Assembly: GCA_963771885.1 (NCBI GenBank)
Contig: CAVYVF010000023.1
Location: 448,001-512,000 of the forward strand
Reading direction: 5' to 3'
Source: Candidatus Bathyarchaeota archaeon
GTDB lineage: Archaea; Thermoproteota; Bathyarchaeia; TCS64
DNA: 64,000 bases
Position 1 is the stretch's first letter. The number at the start of each line of letters is the position of its first letter. The notes beneath the pieces are model-generated. The model saw nothing but the letters and a program-made list of their open reading frames with translations, searched no databases and was not told the origin of the DNA. Positions 41,978 through 51,746 of the stretch are shown here, in pieces. The translations under genes and the position numbers were made by a program.

Positions 41978-42979
41978 TTGTCAGGTTTCACCCCCGCAAG
42001 CCAAATCGCCGTCGCCGCCGAGACGACAACAGTCTCCACCGGCAGCAGCGAGCTTGACGCACTAATCGGGGGCATCGCCGGCGGCGTCTTCTACCTATTC
42101 TACGGCGAGGAGGAGCTAGTCGAGGAACTATTCCCCCGACTCATGGTCTCATCCCTAACCCCACGAAAACACAACACACACCCCAGAGTGGTCTACGGCG
42201 TCTGCGGCAACTACAGAGTCGAGAGAAACATCATCGACGTAGAACCCCTAATGCGCCTCCTCGAATCAGCAGGACTCACACCCGAAGAAGCCCTGAGACG
42301 AGTCAGGATACTGACCGCCTCATCCGCAGACCAGCAGTCACTGCTCGCCGACTCTCTCGAGGCCGACCTCCATCGAGGCGGGGTCGCACTGGCGATGATC
42401 CGGGGCATCTACAAGCTCCAGCTAGACGACGCCCGCAAACGGGGCAGGGAGAAGGTCGCCATAGAGATGCAGACAAGCATCGCCAAGATGAAGCGAGCCT
42501 GCTCGACACACGGCGTCCCACTCGTCGCCTCCGCACGCGCCGTAGAAGCCAAGAGGATGCCCCGCCCAGAGGCGAGCAGCTACCTCGACCACCTCGCCAA
42601 CGTCATCGTCTACCTCCGCAGACGCGACAAGAAGGCCACCTACAACAAGGCGTTCCTTCTCAAGAGCCCGACAAGGCCGATGCAGTCAACAGAGTACAGG
42701 TTCAAGGAGGTGAAAGAAACGGGAAGAATAACGCCGCCGATAAGGATGAGCTTCAACGACCAAGTCGCAAGACTCCGCACCGAGTACAGGGAAGCCATAG
42801 TCAAACCCGCGAGAAAAGAGGCATTCGACAGACTCATCGAAGCCTGGTCGAGCGAACTAGGGGCAATCACATACGCCGAGTCCATCAGCATGTTCGACCT
42901 GATGCTCCTAACCGCCATCGTCGAAAACCGCCGACTCATCGATGACCTCACGGACAAGCTCCAAAACCGCACAGGATGA
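41978..42979 (+). CDS. inactive RadA/RecA-like protein fused to the small helical PolB2-associated protein
   Basis: STGSSELDALIGG.....YLFYG followed by a degenerate Walker A; YLDHLANVIVYL; C-terminal GRITPP.RM...YREAI.KP.RKEAFDRL domain from 42719. Confidence 0.75.
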   Translation: MSGFTPASQIAVAAETTTVSTGSSELDALIGGIAGGVFYLFYGEEELVEELFPRLMVSSLTPRKHNTHPRVVYGVCGNYRVERNIIDVEPLMRLLESAGLTPEEALRRVRILTASSADQQSLLADSLEADLHRGGVALAMIRGIYKLQLDDARKRGREKVAIEMQTSIAKMKRACSTHGVPLVASARAVEAKRMPRPEASSYLDHLANVIVYLRRRDKKATYNKAFLLKSPTRPMQSTEYRFKEVKETGRITPPIRMSFNDQVARLRTEYREAIVKPARKEAFDRLIEAWSSELGAITYAESISMFDLMLLTAIVENRRLIDDLTDKLQNRTG

Positions 42980-45073
42980 CCCACATGATCCACCGCGGCT
43001 GGCTCCTCGACCCCTACCTCGACGGCAACCACGCCTACCTCTGGTTCAAAACCGAGGATGGGGAAACACTCAGGATAAAGGAAAGATACAGGCCCCACAT
43101 CCTCGCCGAGCCAAAGGGGGAAGCCAACACAGACGAGCTAAACGCAGCACTGGAAAGCCACCCCTACATCCACTCCGTAAAAACCGTCGAACGATACACC
43201 GACCTACGCCGAGAAATACCCAAGAAACTCATCGAGGTACGAGCCGACTCCATCAACTCCTACCACAAAGTCGAGGAGTACACCCGGGGACTCCGACAGG
43301 TCAGAGAGGTCTACAACACCGGCCTCGCACCCATCCAGTGGTACATGATAGAGAGGAGAGTCGCACCCAGCAGCCTATGCGAATTCAACGAGCAGGACGG
43401 ATTACTCCAGACCCTAAAAACACTCGACGACTCAGGGGAGGTCGCCCCGCCCCCATTCAAAGTACTCCGATTCCAAGCACCCGAAGACGGAGACAATCGA
43501 CACAATCAAGATCTACAACACCGATGGAAAAGAAACCGCCGCACACACCGGCTCCGAGAAGGATGTCCTCGAAGCCTTCAACCAGACCCTAACAACGGAG
43601 GACCCCGACGTAATCATCACCGACAACGTCGCCCAGACGACGAAGCGGCTACTGAGGCGAGCACAGGGAAACGATATCAAGCTCAGCCTCGGCCGCGGAG
43701 GCGACCCCAGACGCGGCAGGATACTCCTCGGCCTATACAGCTACCTCGACATGGGCCTAGCCGGCCTCGTAGAGAGCGCCCGCTTCACACTCGCCCCAAT
43801 GGGAATAAGCAGCGACTGGGAAGCCGGAAAAACAATCGACAGCCGCCAATGCTACGAGGCACACCGCCTCGACATCGCCGTCCCCGACATGAAGGGAGGA
43901 GTAGCCTACGAGTCCGACGCCTGGGACATGGTCCGCAGGGACCGGGGCGGGATGCTCTTCAGCCCACAGCCCGGCCTCCACGAGAACGTCGGCTGCCTCG
44001 ACTTCGAATCCATGTTCCCCAACCTCATAGTGAGGAGAAACATCAGCTACGAGACCGTCACAGACTCCGAAGTCGACACAAGCAGACCCGGCTTCATGGG
44101 AGGATTCACACGCGAGTTCCTGGAGAGGCGCCTCCGGTTCAAACACCTCCGAGGCGAATACCCCCAGGGGAGCCAAGAGTGGGAGTGGTGCGAGCAGCGG
44201 CAGAGCAGCCTCAAACTCATGCTCGTGGTCATCTACGGCTACAGCGGCTGCTACGCCAACAGGTTCGCAAACGTCCGCGTCTTCCAAGAGATAAACAGGC
44301 AGGCACGCCGAACCCTCGTCAGAGCCATGAACATCGCCTCAGATAGGGGCTACGAGGTCGTCTACGGCGACACCGACTCTCTATTCGTAAAGAAGCTAAA
44401 CGCCACAAAGAGGGACTACGAGAACCTGGCCGCCGAGATCAGGGAAGACGTAGACCTCCCCATCAAGCTGGACAAGCACTTCAAGTTCCTCGTTCTCCTC
44501 CACAAGAAACAGGACCCCCAGCAAGCGGCAACCCGCAGATACTATGGCCGACTCACGGACGGCTCCCTCTTCTGCCGCGGCATCGAGGTCCGAAAACACG
44601 ACACACCCCCCTACATCAAGGCTATGCAGGAGAAGACGATGACCGCTCTCCTCGACGCCGCCGACTCAGACGACGTAATACGGCACGGCGTCCCACGCGC
44701 CAGAGCCATCGTCAACAGGGCTCTCGGCGAAATAAAAGCGAGGAAGATCGAGTCGCGAGAACTCGTCGTCTCCAAGAGGCTGCGCAGGGAGCTAAGTGAA
44801 TACAGGAGCCTCCAAGCCCACGTCGTCTCCGCCCTAGTCGAGGGTGTTGAGGATGGGGACTCCCGCTTCATCTACATGGGCGCAACGAGAAGTAACCCAT
44901 ACACCCGGGTAACCCCGGCCTCAATGCTTGGCGAAGATGCGAGGAATTACGACTGGCGGAGATACGTCGCGCTGGCGAGGCGAGCCGCATCCAACGTCCT
45001 CGAACCATTCACAGACGAATACGATGTTGAGGGGAGCGTGCTCAGGATGACTCAGCTGACGATGTACACCTAG
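42976..45073 (+). CDS. B-family DNA polymerase, PolB2-like, about 698 aa after a frameshift near 43491
   Basis: GWLLDPY..YLWFK N-terminus; DRGGMLFSPQPGLHENV; motif A LDFESMFPN; motif B LKLMLVVIYGYSG; motif C YGDTDS; RYYG; RGIEVRKHDTP; exonuclease motifs degenerate. Confidence 0.9.
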
Positions 45074-45319
45074 CCAGATACGAGGAATTCTTTAGAGTAG
45101 TTCTTCTACGCCTCTTAAGCGCCGCGCACGCGTCAAGCTGCTTCAGGTTCGTCGCCTGGAGAACAAGCTTCTGAAGCTGCAAGCGCATTCTGGGGAAAAC
45201 TCAAGCAACACCGAAGATACATTAAAGAATCTAAAATCGACGGCACGCGCGGTCCTATTCCTAGCATCTTTCCGTTCTAAAAAGTAGTCTTAAGTCGGAG
45301 CAGACCCTAGTTTAGTCCC

Positions 45320-45658
45320 ATGAATACAAAGTATCTCGTCATAATGATTGCGTGCATCATTGGAGGCCTCGCGGGTGGCTACCTGATCGCGAACAACCTA
45401 ATGCAGAACCAGCTAGCCTCATACGATCTTCAGCTACAGAGCGCCGAGGCAGCGCTGAATGCGAGCCAGGCACAACTCCTAGCGAAGGACGCCCTCCTGC
45501 AGGCGCAGGAGGCGCAGCTCCAAGCCCAGTACGCCGTCATACAGGCAAACCTGGCTCAGTCCGACGCACTGACCGCCCAGATACAGCAATTACTTGCACT
45601 CACCCAGAGCCAGGACGCACTAATCAAGCTCCTGCAGGCTCAACTGGGCATCCCATAG
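45320..45658 (+). CDS. membrane-anchored Q/A/L-rich coiled-coil protein
   Basis: N-terminal TM (LVIMIACIIGGLAGGYLIA), then about 10 heptads. Confidence 0.75.
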   Translation: MNTKYLVIMIACIIGGLAGGYLIANNLMQNQLASYDLQLQSAEAALNASQAQLLAKDALLQAQEAQLQAQYAVIQANLAQSDALTAQIQQLLALTQSQDALIKLLQAQLGIP

Positions 45659-45835
45659 CCATCTCATTCGTCACGAGTCACCGCTATATAATCAAAATGA
45701 AAAATGATTCGCGAGCGCCCTCACCTACTCTATGTGCGCATAAGCAGATAGTCGACGCGATCACATGCCCCGAGTCACTCGGTGATCATGCTAACTCTTT
45801 TGAGGCACGAATAAACGTGTTCTCCATAGGATGCT

Positions 45836-46597
45836 ATGAGCGCCAGCGAGAACTATATGCGCGTCGAGGCGGCACTGACTGAAGAGGGTGCACGACGAGG
45901 ACTCCGACACGCCATGGGCGTCGCCCCCTTCAAGGCAGTGCATGATACGTTGCTGTCGGCACAGAAGGAGACACTCAAAGGCATCTCCGAAAACGGCTTC
46001 GAGGAGCTGATGCGCGACGGCTCCGTCATAAGCATCGCCTACGCCTATCCTCACTACGCAGTGGAGGCCATCGCCTCCGGGGCAGAGGGCAAGTGGAACA
46101 AGGAGCGCTGGAACATCTACTCTAGGGCATACGCCCGCCTAAACAAGGCGCTCAACGAGACGTCCTCCGCCATAGCAGCGGTCGTCGGCGGCATCGCCAT
46201 CCCCGCTACCATCGAGGGCATAGCCAGCAAGGTCGACACCGTCGAGGAGTACTACGCCTCGCGTGTCAGCCACCGCGTCGCCGCAGAGCTTAGCGGCGTC
46301 GGCTGGAGGGGGCGGCACGAGCTGATCATCCACCCCGTCTACGGCCCCGCGATAAGGCTCGCCAGCATCCTGACCCCACAACCCATAACCCGCACGCAGC
46401 CTCTCAATAAGAGCTGCAACGGGTGCCACGCCTGTGAGGATGCTTGCAAGTTCCTGAAGCACAAGGACAAGCTCGACAACTACCGGGAGCAATGCCGCAG
46501 GTACATCAACTACCTCGGCCTCGAGGACGAGGTCTGCGGCAAGTGCATAAAAGCATGCGTCAGGGACGGCGTATACGCGGCGAGCTTCAATCTCTAA
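45836..46597 (+). CDS. QueG/reductive dehalogenase-superfamily Fe-S protein
   Basis: SHRVAAELSGVGWRGRHELIIHPVYGPAIRLASILT, CNGCHACEDAC, CGKCIKAC. Confidence 0.8.
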   Translation: MSASENYMRVEAALTEEGARRGLRHAMGVAPFKAVHDTLLSAQKETLKGISENGFEELMRDGSVISIAYAYPHYAVEAIASGAEGKWNKERWNIYSRAYARLNKALNETSSAIAAVVGGIAIPATIEGIASKVDTVEEYYASRVSHRVAAELSGVGWRGRHELIIHPVYGPAIRLASILTPQPITRTQPLNKSCNGCHACEDACKFLKHKDKLDNYREQCRRYINYLGLEDEVCGKCIKACVRDGVYAASFNL

Positions 46598-46656
46598 CGC
46601 CACCAAACGGTTTGGTTCATAAATCAACGTTCCCATAAATAATTCCGGAGATCGCT

Positions 46657-47070
46657 TTGCAGGAGATACCCGGGCTCAAGGAGAGCTTCAAGAAGGCCAA
46701 GATAGTTTTACTCACGACGTTCTCGCCAGCTGGCGAGAAGCATATCAGACAGATGACGAACCTTAACGAGGACCCCTACTCGGTAATGTGGTTCACGAGC
46801 TACACCGACTCACGGAAGGTCGCGGACGTGAAAGGCGACCCAAGGGTCGTCATATCGTTCCCCTCCGGGAGACCCGGTGAGGTCTTCGAGATAGAAGGAA
46901 AGGCGAGCCTGGAGAGTCAGAACGTCGTGAATAATAGGTGGAGCTGGTGGTACCTCTACTGGCGACCCGAGCAGTCAGATAGGTTCTGGTTCCCCCGTGG
47001 TGGTGACCACCCAGAGTGGGCTATCCTAAACGTAGAGCCTGTCTCTGCAAATCGGGTTCTGCGTGGCTAG
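46657..47070 (+). CDS. pyridoxamine 5'-phosphate oxidase-like flavin-binding protein
   Basis: LLTT...HIRQM, MWFTS..SRKVADVKGDPRV, IEGKA. Confidence 0.75.
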   Translation: MQEIPGLKESFKKAKIVLLTTFSPAGEKHIRQMTNLNEDPYSVMWFTSYTDSRKVADVKGDPRVVISFPSGRPGEVFEIEGKASLESQNVVNNRWSWWYLYWRPEQSDRFWFPRGGDHPEWAILNVEPVSANRVLRG

Positions 47071-47423
47071 AATGTCACTACCCTATCTGCTTCCTTGACC
47101 CAGTTAGCGAGGATCATCATTGTGCCCCTCTGGGCGCCACCTACGAGTTCCTCGTCCTTTATTCCGCGTGCCTTGAGGCAGGTGCCGCAGAGCTTGACCT
47201 CGACGCCCTTCGCGACGAGGTCGGCTGTCATCTTCTCGAGGTTGTAGTAGCCCTCGGGTGTGACCTGACCCTTCTTTGCTGCACCGACGGAGTCCCCCAT
47301 GAGGAAGACCCTGACCTGCATCCCTATCTCGGCCGTCGCGGATGCCCCGGCGAGGCGCAGGGCGTTCCACGTCTTCTCGCCTCCATAGGGGGCGTCATTC
47401 GCGATAATCAGTAGCTTTACCAT
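47067..47423 (-). CDS. DsrE/F-family sulfur relay protein (YchN-like)
   Basis: NDAPYGGEK.WNALRLA, FLMGDSV..AKKGQ, CGTCLKARG. Confidence 0.85.
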   Translation of the reverse strand: MVKLLIIANDAPYGGEKTWNALRLAGASATAEIGMQVRVFLMGDSVGAAKKGQVTPEGYYNLEKMTADLVAKGVEVKLCGTCLKARGIKDEELVGGAQRGTMMILANWVKEADRVVTF

Positions 47424-47458
47424 GGATGTACGGAGGCACCTTTAGCGTAAAACGGTAA

Positions 47459-48208
47459 CTATTTGCGCCCGACGAAGAGTGTTATCATCTCATCGTTACG
47501 GATAGGCTCATCGGGGTGTTCTGCCTTCCATTTCCTGAGCATCGCGACGCCCCTCTCCAGCCCCTCCTTTGTGATGGGGCGGAACATACTCCACAACTTC
47601 CCCTCAGCGATCTCTATGAACTCGTCCGCCGTCTGGTACCTCTCAATGAGGTAGGGGTGTACCTCAATTTTCAAGCCTGCGGCGGCGAAACACTTCTTGA
47701 ACTCCTCGTCGCTCGGGTAGGCGTCGAGTTGGCCTTGCTTTATCTCGGGGAAGAACTTGAAGACTACCTTTTCGTGCAACTGCGCATGACCGATGGTGTG
47801 GGCGATCTTCGTCCCACCCCTCCTGAGCACTCGCCCGCATTCCTTCGCTGCGAGCGCTCTGTCGCGTACGTGGTGCCAGACCTGTGCCGCGTAAATGAGG
47901 TCGACAACGTCATCCCTGTAGGGCATATACTCGCCCACCGCCTGCACAATAGGAAAATCTGGCGTCTTCTCATGCGCCTGCTTGAGCATCCCTATGCTAG
48001 GGTCGAAGCCGACGACAGTGCAGCCCGTTCGTGCCTGTATACCAAGGCCGTAATTGCCCGTACCGCAGCCCATATCGACGACAAGTGAACCCGCGTCGAG
48101 TCGCGCAATCTTCTCCGCCTCACCCGCCCAGAACCAGATGTCTTCGCTCACGCGTCCCCGGTCGTAGTTCCCACTCACCTTGTTGAAGTGTGGGTTGCTG
48201 ATGGCCAT
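47459..48208 (-). CDS. class I SAM-dependent methyltransferase
   Basis: VVDMGCGTG, GFDPSIGML, WHHV, RVLRRGG. Confidence 0.88.
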   Translation of the reverse strand: MAISNPHFNKVSGNYDRGRVSEDIWFWAGEAEKIARLDAGSLVVDMGCGTGNYGLGIQARTGCTVVGFDPSIGMLKQAHEKTPDFPIVQAVGEYMPYRDDVVDLIYAAQVWHHVRDRALAAKECGRVLRRGGTKIAHTIGHAQLHEKVVFKFFPEIKQGQLDAYPSDEEFKKCFAAAGLKIEVHPYLIERYQTADEFIEIAEGKLWSMFRPITKEGLERGVAMLRKWKAEHPDEPIRNDEMITLFVGRK

Positions 48209-48325
48209 GCAGGTAGAGTTGCACTCAAGTGGGATAAATCCTGGCACTGCGCGTGCGAGAATAGTTTAGCGTACCATCGCCTAATCCTACAATATTCTAA
48301 ATACCGAGGCGGAGAGAGTTAATTC

Positions 48326-48715
48326 ATGCCTGACTACGGAGTACGCGGCACGATAACTTGGCTCTACTACCGGGACCTACCCCGGGCGATGAGGTTCTAC
48401 GAGGATGTCATGGGCTTCAAGATGACAGTCGATCAGGGCTGGAGTAAAATTTACAAGACTTCACAAGACGGTTATCTTGGCCTCGTCGATGGCGCCCATG
48501 GGCACCACAAAGCAAACAACATCAAGCCAGTCATCTTCTGCCTCAACGTTGTTGACGCCGAGGCGTGGTACAAGCGGGTCACCAAGGCGGGTGTTGAGAT
48601 AGAGGAGAAGCTACAGGAGTCGCAGCGCCTCAAGGTCAGGGTCTTCATGTTCAAGGACCCCGAGGGCTACGTCGTCGAGATACAACAGAGCCTACCCGGG
48701 GCGCTGAGCATCTAG
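48326..48715 (+). CDS. VOC/glyoxalase family protein
   Basis: DLPRAMRFYEDVMGF, FMFKDPEGYVVEIQ. Confidence 0.88.
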   Translation: MPDYGVRGTITWLYYRDLPRAMRFYEDVMGFKMTVDQGWSKIYKTSQDGYLGLVDGAHGHHKANNIKPVIFCLNVVDAEAWYKRVTKAGVEIEEKLQESQRLKVRVFMFKDPEGYVVEIQQSLPGALSI

Positions 48716-48766
48716 CCGGGTGCATCCAAACCTTAATATTTCAATCCGGGGGATTCCTGTTGTCGT

Positions 48767-48843
48767 GCCGCCGTAGCTTAGTCAGGTGGAGCGTCTGGCT
48801 GTTAACCAGTTGGTCAACGGTTCAAGTCCGTTCGGCGGCGCCA
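48767..48843 (+). tRNA. tRNA-Asn(GTT) with encoded CCA
   Basis: Acceptor GCCGCCG/CGGCGGC-G-CCA; anticodon loop CT-GTT-AA with GTT at 48801-48803; T loop TTCAAGT. Confidence 0.95.
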
Positions 48844-48933
48844 ACCTCCTAAAAAGGAATCATTTATAGCCCCAAGCACCCGCATGAAGTAACTAAGTTT
48901 CAGAAAACCTGTTAAGGAGTATGTGAGCGGTGG

Positions 48934-50910
48934 ATGGACCTTATTCTTCTGGCGTTCTCAGTCGGGCTTCTATCGTTGCTTGTCGTCGCCTATCTTAGTC
49001 ACTGGATTCTCAAACAGTCCGACGGTCCGCCCGAGATGCGTGAGGTCGCCTCCGCCATACAGATCGGCGCAAACGCGTTCATCAAGAGGCAGTACACAAC
49101 AATCGCAATCGTAACCGCAATCGTAGCCATCCCCATCGGCTACTTCTACAGGGACCCACGCGTCGTCGCCACGTTCCTCGCAGGCGTCGCCATGAGCCTC
49201 TCCGCCGCCTACGTCGGCATGAACATCGCAGTCAGGGCCAACGTGCGCACAACCGCCGCGGCGCAGACCTCCTCCTCACTCGCCTTCAAGATCGCCTTCA
49301 GGGGCGGAGGCGTCATGGGGCTGCTTGTCACGGGGCTCAGCCTCACCGGCATCAGCCTGCTCACGTGGCTCTGGGGCGACCCGAACGCCATAATCGGCTT
49401 CGGCTTCGGCGCAAGCCTCGCAGCCCTCTTCGCGCAGCTCGGCGGCGGCATATTCACGAAAGCCGCCGACATAGGCGCCGACCTCGTCGGTAAGATAGAG
49501 CAGAGAATACCCGAGGACGACCCACGAAACCCCGCCGTGATAGCTGATCAGGTCGGGGACAACGTCGGCGACTGCGCCGGCAGAGGCTCAGACCTCTTCG
49601 AGTCGATAAGCGACGACTACATCACCGCGATGCTTCTCGGAACCACCGTCATGAGCCTCATGGGGGGCCTGGCACTCATCTTCCCGCTGCTGCTCGGCGC
49701 CGTCGGCATCATAGCCACAATCGTAGGCGTCTTCGTCACGACAGCCCTCTCAGGTAAGCCCATGAGAAGCTTCAACCTCGGACTGGGCACATCATCCCTC
49801 CTCAGCATCATAGGGGCTTACATCGTGTGCACGATGGTGCTCGGGGACATTCACGTATTCTACGCCGTGACCGCGGGGCTGCTCGCGAGCCTCGCCGTCG
49901 GACTAACCGTGCAGTACTACATAGGAATCAACAGCGGCCCCATAAAGGACGTAGCATCCTCCAGCCAATATGGCCCCGCGATAAACATAATCACCGGCCT
50001 CGGATACGCCCTCCAGAGCCCCTTCCTACCACACATATTCGTCCTCGCCACCATAGTCTTCGCCCTCTGGGTGACCGGCGGGAGCCTCTACGGACTCGTC
50101 GGCGCCAACATAGGCACAGACCTCGCCATCGGCATGATCATGTCAAGCGACGCCTTCGGGCCAATAAGCGACAACGCCGCCGGCATCGCTGAGATGAGCA
50201 AGGCAAAGGTGAACAACGACGCCCTCGAGGAGCTCGACGCTATGGGGAACACGACGAAGGCGATCACAAAGGCCTTCGCCTCTGGCAGCGGCACGTTCTC
50301 GACACTCGTCATCTTCATGACCTACGCCGAGCTCGTCGGCCTGACGAAGGCGAGCGTTGGGCTAACCGACCCGATACTCATCATCGGCCTGCTGCTCGGC
50401 GGCGCCTTCCCCTTCCTCTTCAGCAGCTTCGCGATACAGGCGACCGCAAAAAGCGCCTACAAGATAATGGAGGAGGTTAGGCGCCAGTTCGCGGAGAACC
50501 CACGCATAATCAAGGGTGAGGATAAGCCAGACTACGCTACCTGCGTCGATATAGCGACGAAGGAGGCCCTGCGCCAGATGGTCGCTCCTGGCCTGCTCGC
50601 CGTCGTCGCCCCAATAGCAGTCGGACTCCTCCTTGGTAAGTTCGCCCTCGGCGCCATGTTGCTCGGCGGCCTCGGCACCTCGGCGCTGCTCGCCCCCTTC
50701 TTCACCTTCGGCGGCGGCATCTGGGACAACGCCAAGAAGCAAATTGAGCGCGAGTTCTGGATGAAGGGCACGCCCACCCACGAGGCGGCCGTAGTCGGTG
50801 ACACCGTCGGCGACCCACTCAAGGACGTGGCAGGTCCGAGCCTCAACATCTTCATGAAGCTCACGAACATGACGGCGCTCATCCTCGTGCCTCTACTTCT
50901 CCTGCTCTAA
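48934..50910 (+). CDS. hppA: membrane-bound ion-translocating pyrophosphatase
   Basis: GGGIFTKAADIGADLVGKIE, PEDDPRNPAVIAD.VGDNVGDCAG, GPISDNA, GNTTKA, GDTVGDPLKD. Confidence 0.96.
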   Translation: MDLILLAFSVGLLSLLVVAYLSHWILKQSDGPPEMREVASAIQIGANAFIKRQYTTIAIVTAIVAIPIGYFYRDPRVVATFLAGVAMSLSAAYVGMNIAVRANVRTTAAAQTSSSLAFKIAFRGGGVMGLLVTGLSLTGISLLTWLWGDPNAIIGFGFGASLAALFAQLGGGIFTKAADIGADLVGKIEQRIPEDDPRNPAVIADQVGDNVGDCAGRGSDLFESISDDYITAMLLGTTVMSLMGGLALIFPLLLGAVGIIATIVGVFVTTALSGKPMRSFNLGLGTSSLLSIIGAYIVCTMVLGDIHVFYAVTAGLLASLAVGLTVQYYIGINSGPIKDVASSSQYGPAINIITGLGYALQSPFLPHIFVLATIVFALWVTGGSLYGLVGANIGTDLAIGMIMSSDAFGPISDNAAGIAEMSKAKVNNDALEELDAMGNTTKAITKAFASGSGTFSTLVIFMTYAELVGLTKASVGLTDPILIIGLLLGGAFPFLFSSFAIQATAKSAYKIMEEVRRQFAENPRIIKGEDKPDYATCVDIATKEALRQMVAPGLLAVVAPIAVGLLLGKFALGAMLLGGLGTSALLAPFFTFGGGIWDNAKKQIEREFWMKGTPTHEAAVVGDTVGDPLKDVAGPSLNIFMKLTNMTALILVPLLLLL

Positions 50911-50960
50911 GAGGCCTAATCCTTATAGCGGCTGGGCTTGGAACGAGTCTGGATCGTGGC

Positions 50961-51746
50961 TTGCTCGACGGCGTCCTGCTCCTGAAGATAGGGCTCGCCC
51001 CCCTTCTCATCGTCGCAGCTAGTGTTGCTGGGCACCGTTGGGGCAACACGGTCGGCGGCTGGGTAGTGGGGCTCCCCCTAGTCTCCGCCCCCGTCATATT
51101 GCTCCTCGCCATTGAGAGGGGGAGCGAGTTCGCAGCCGCGTCGGCGCAGGGTTCCCTGCTGGGAATAGTATCGCTGTCGGCATTCAGCCTCGCCTACGCT
51201 TGGCTATCGCTACGCAAAAGCCTAAACTGGCTCCCCTCAATGCTTCTCGGCTGGGGCGTCTACTTTGTCACCACGTTTGTCCTCGGCTTCTCGGCGGTTT
51301 CCATCATTGCGGCGTTCATCGTGGTCGCCGCATGGCTGCGCCTCGTAACAAGAGTCTTCCCGGAGACGCACGCATCCTTGGCGCCGAAGCCCAGTGGGTT
51401 CCCGTGGGGCGACGTCGCGGTAAGGATAGTCGCGGCGGTCGGGCTGATATTCGCAATAACCGAGTATGCCCCAGCGCTGGGGCCGACGCTCAGCGGGCTA
51501 CTCACACCCTTCCCTATATACACGAGCGTAATGGTGACATCTATACATCGCCGGCAAGGCGCCGAGTCGGCGTCGCAGTTTGTGCGCGGAGCCATAGTAA
51601 GCTCATACACACCCGCGTTGTTCTGGCTGATAGTCGGCTCGACGATCATTTCGTGGGGCATCGGCTTCTCATACGCCCTCGCCATAGCTGCGTCGGTTGT
51701 ACTGCACTATGTTCTTCTCAGAACGCTCAGAAAGAGCGTTACTTGA
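50961..51746 (+). CDS. hypothetical multi-pass membrane protein with two homologous halves
   Basis: RWGNTVGGWVVGLP in the first half and LGPTLSGLLTPFP in the second; about 8-9 TMs. Confidence 0.7.
   Translation: MLDGVLLLKIGLAPLLIVAASVAGHRWGNTVGGWVVGLPLVSAPVILLLAIERGSEFAAASAQGSLLGIVSLSAFSLAYAWLSLRKSLNWLPSMLLGWGVYFVTTFVLGFSAVSIIAAFIVVAAWLRLVTRVFPETHASLAPKPSGFPWGDVAVRIVAAVGLIFAITEYAPALGPTLSGLLTPFPIYTSVMVTSIHRRQGAESASQFVRGAIVSSYTPALFWLIVGSTIISWGIGFSYALAIAASVVLHYVLLRTLRKSVT

Noticed and set aside
38400..43500. Programmed frameshifting in iorA or polB
   Set aside because: There are no slippery heptamers at the breaks, and similar indels are scattered across unrelated genes, which fits sequencing error.
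41740..45320. PolB2 cassette as a provirus, casposon or tRNA-integrated element
   Set aside because: I found no duplicate of the tRNA-Leu 3' end, no terminal inverted repeats, and no integrase, Cas1 or capsid gene. tRNA adjacency alone is insufficient.
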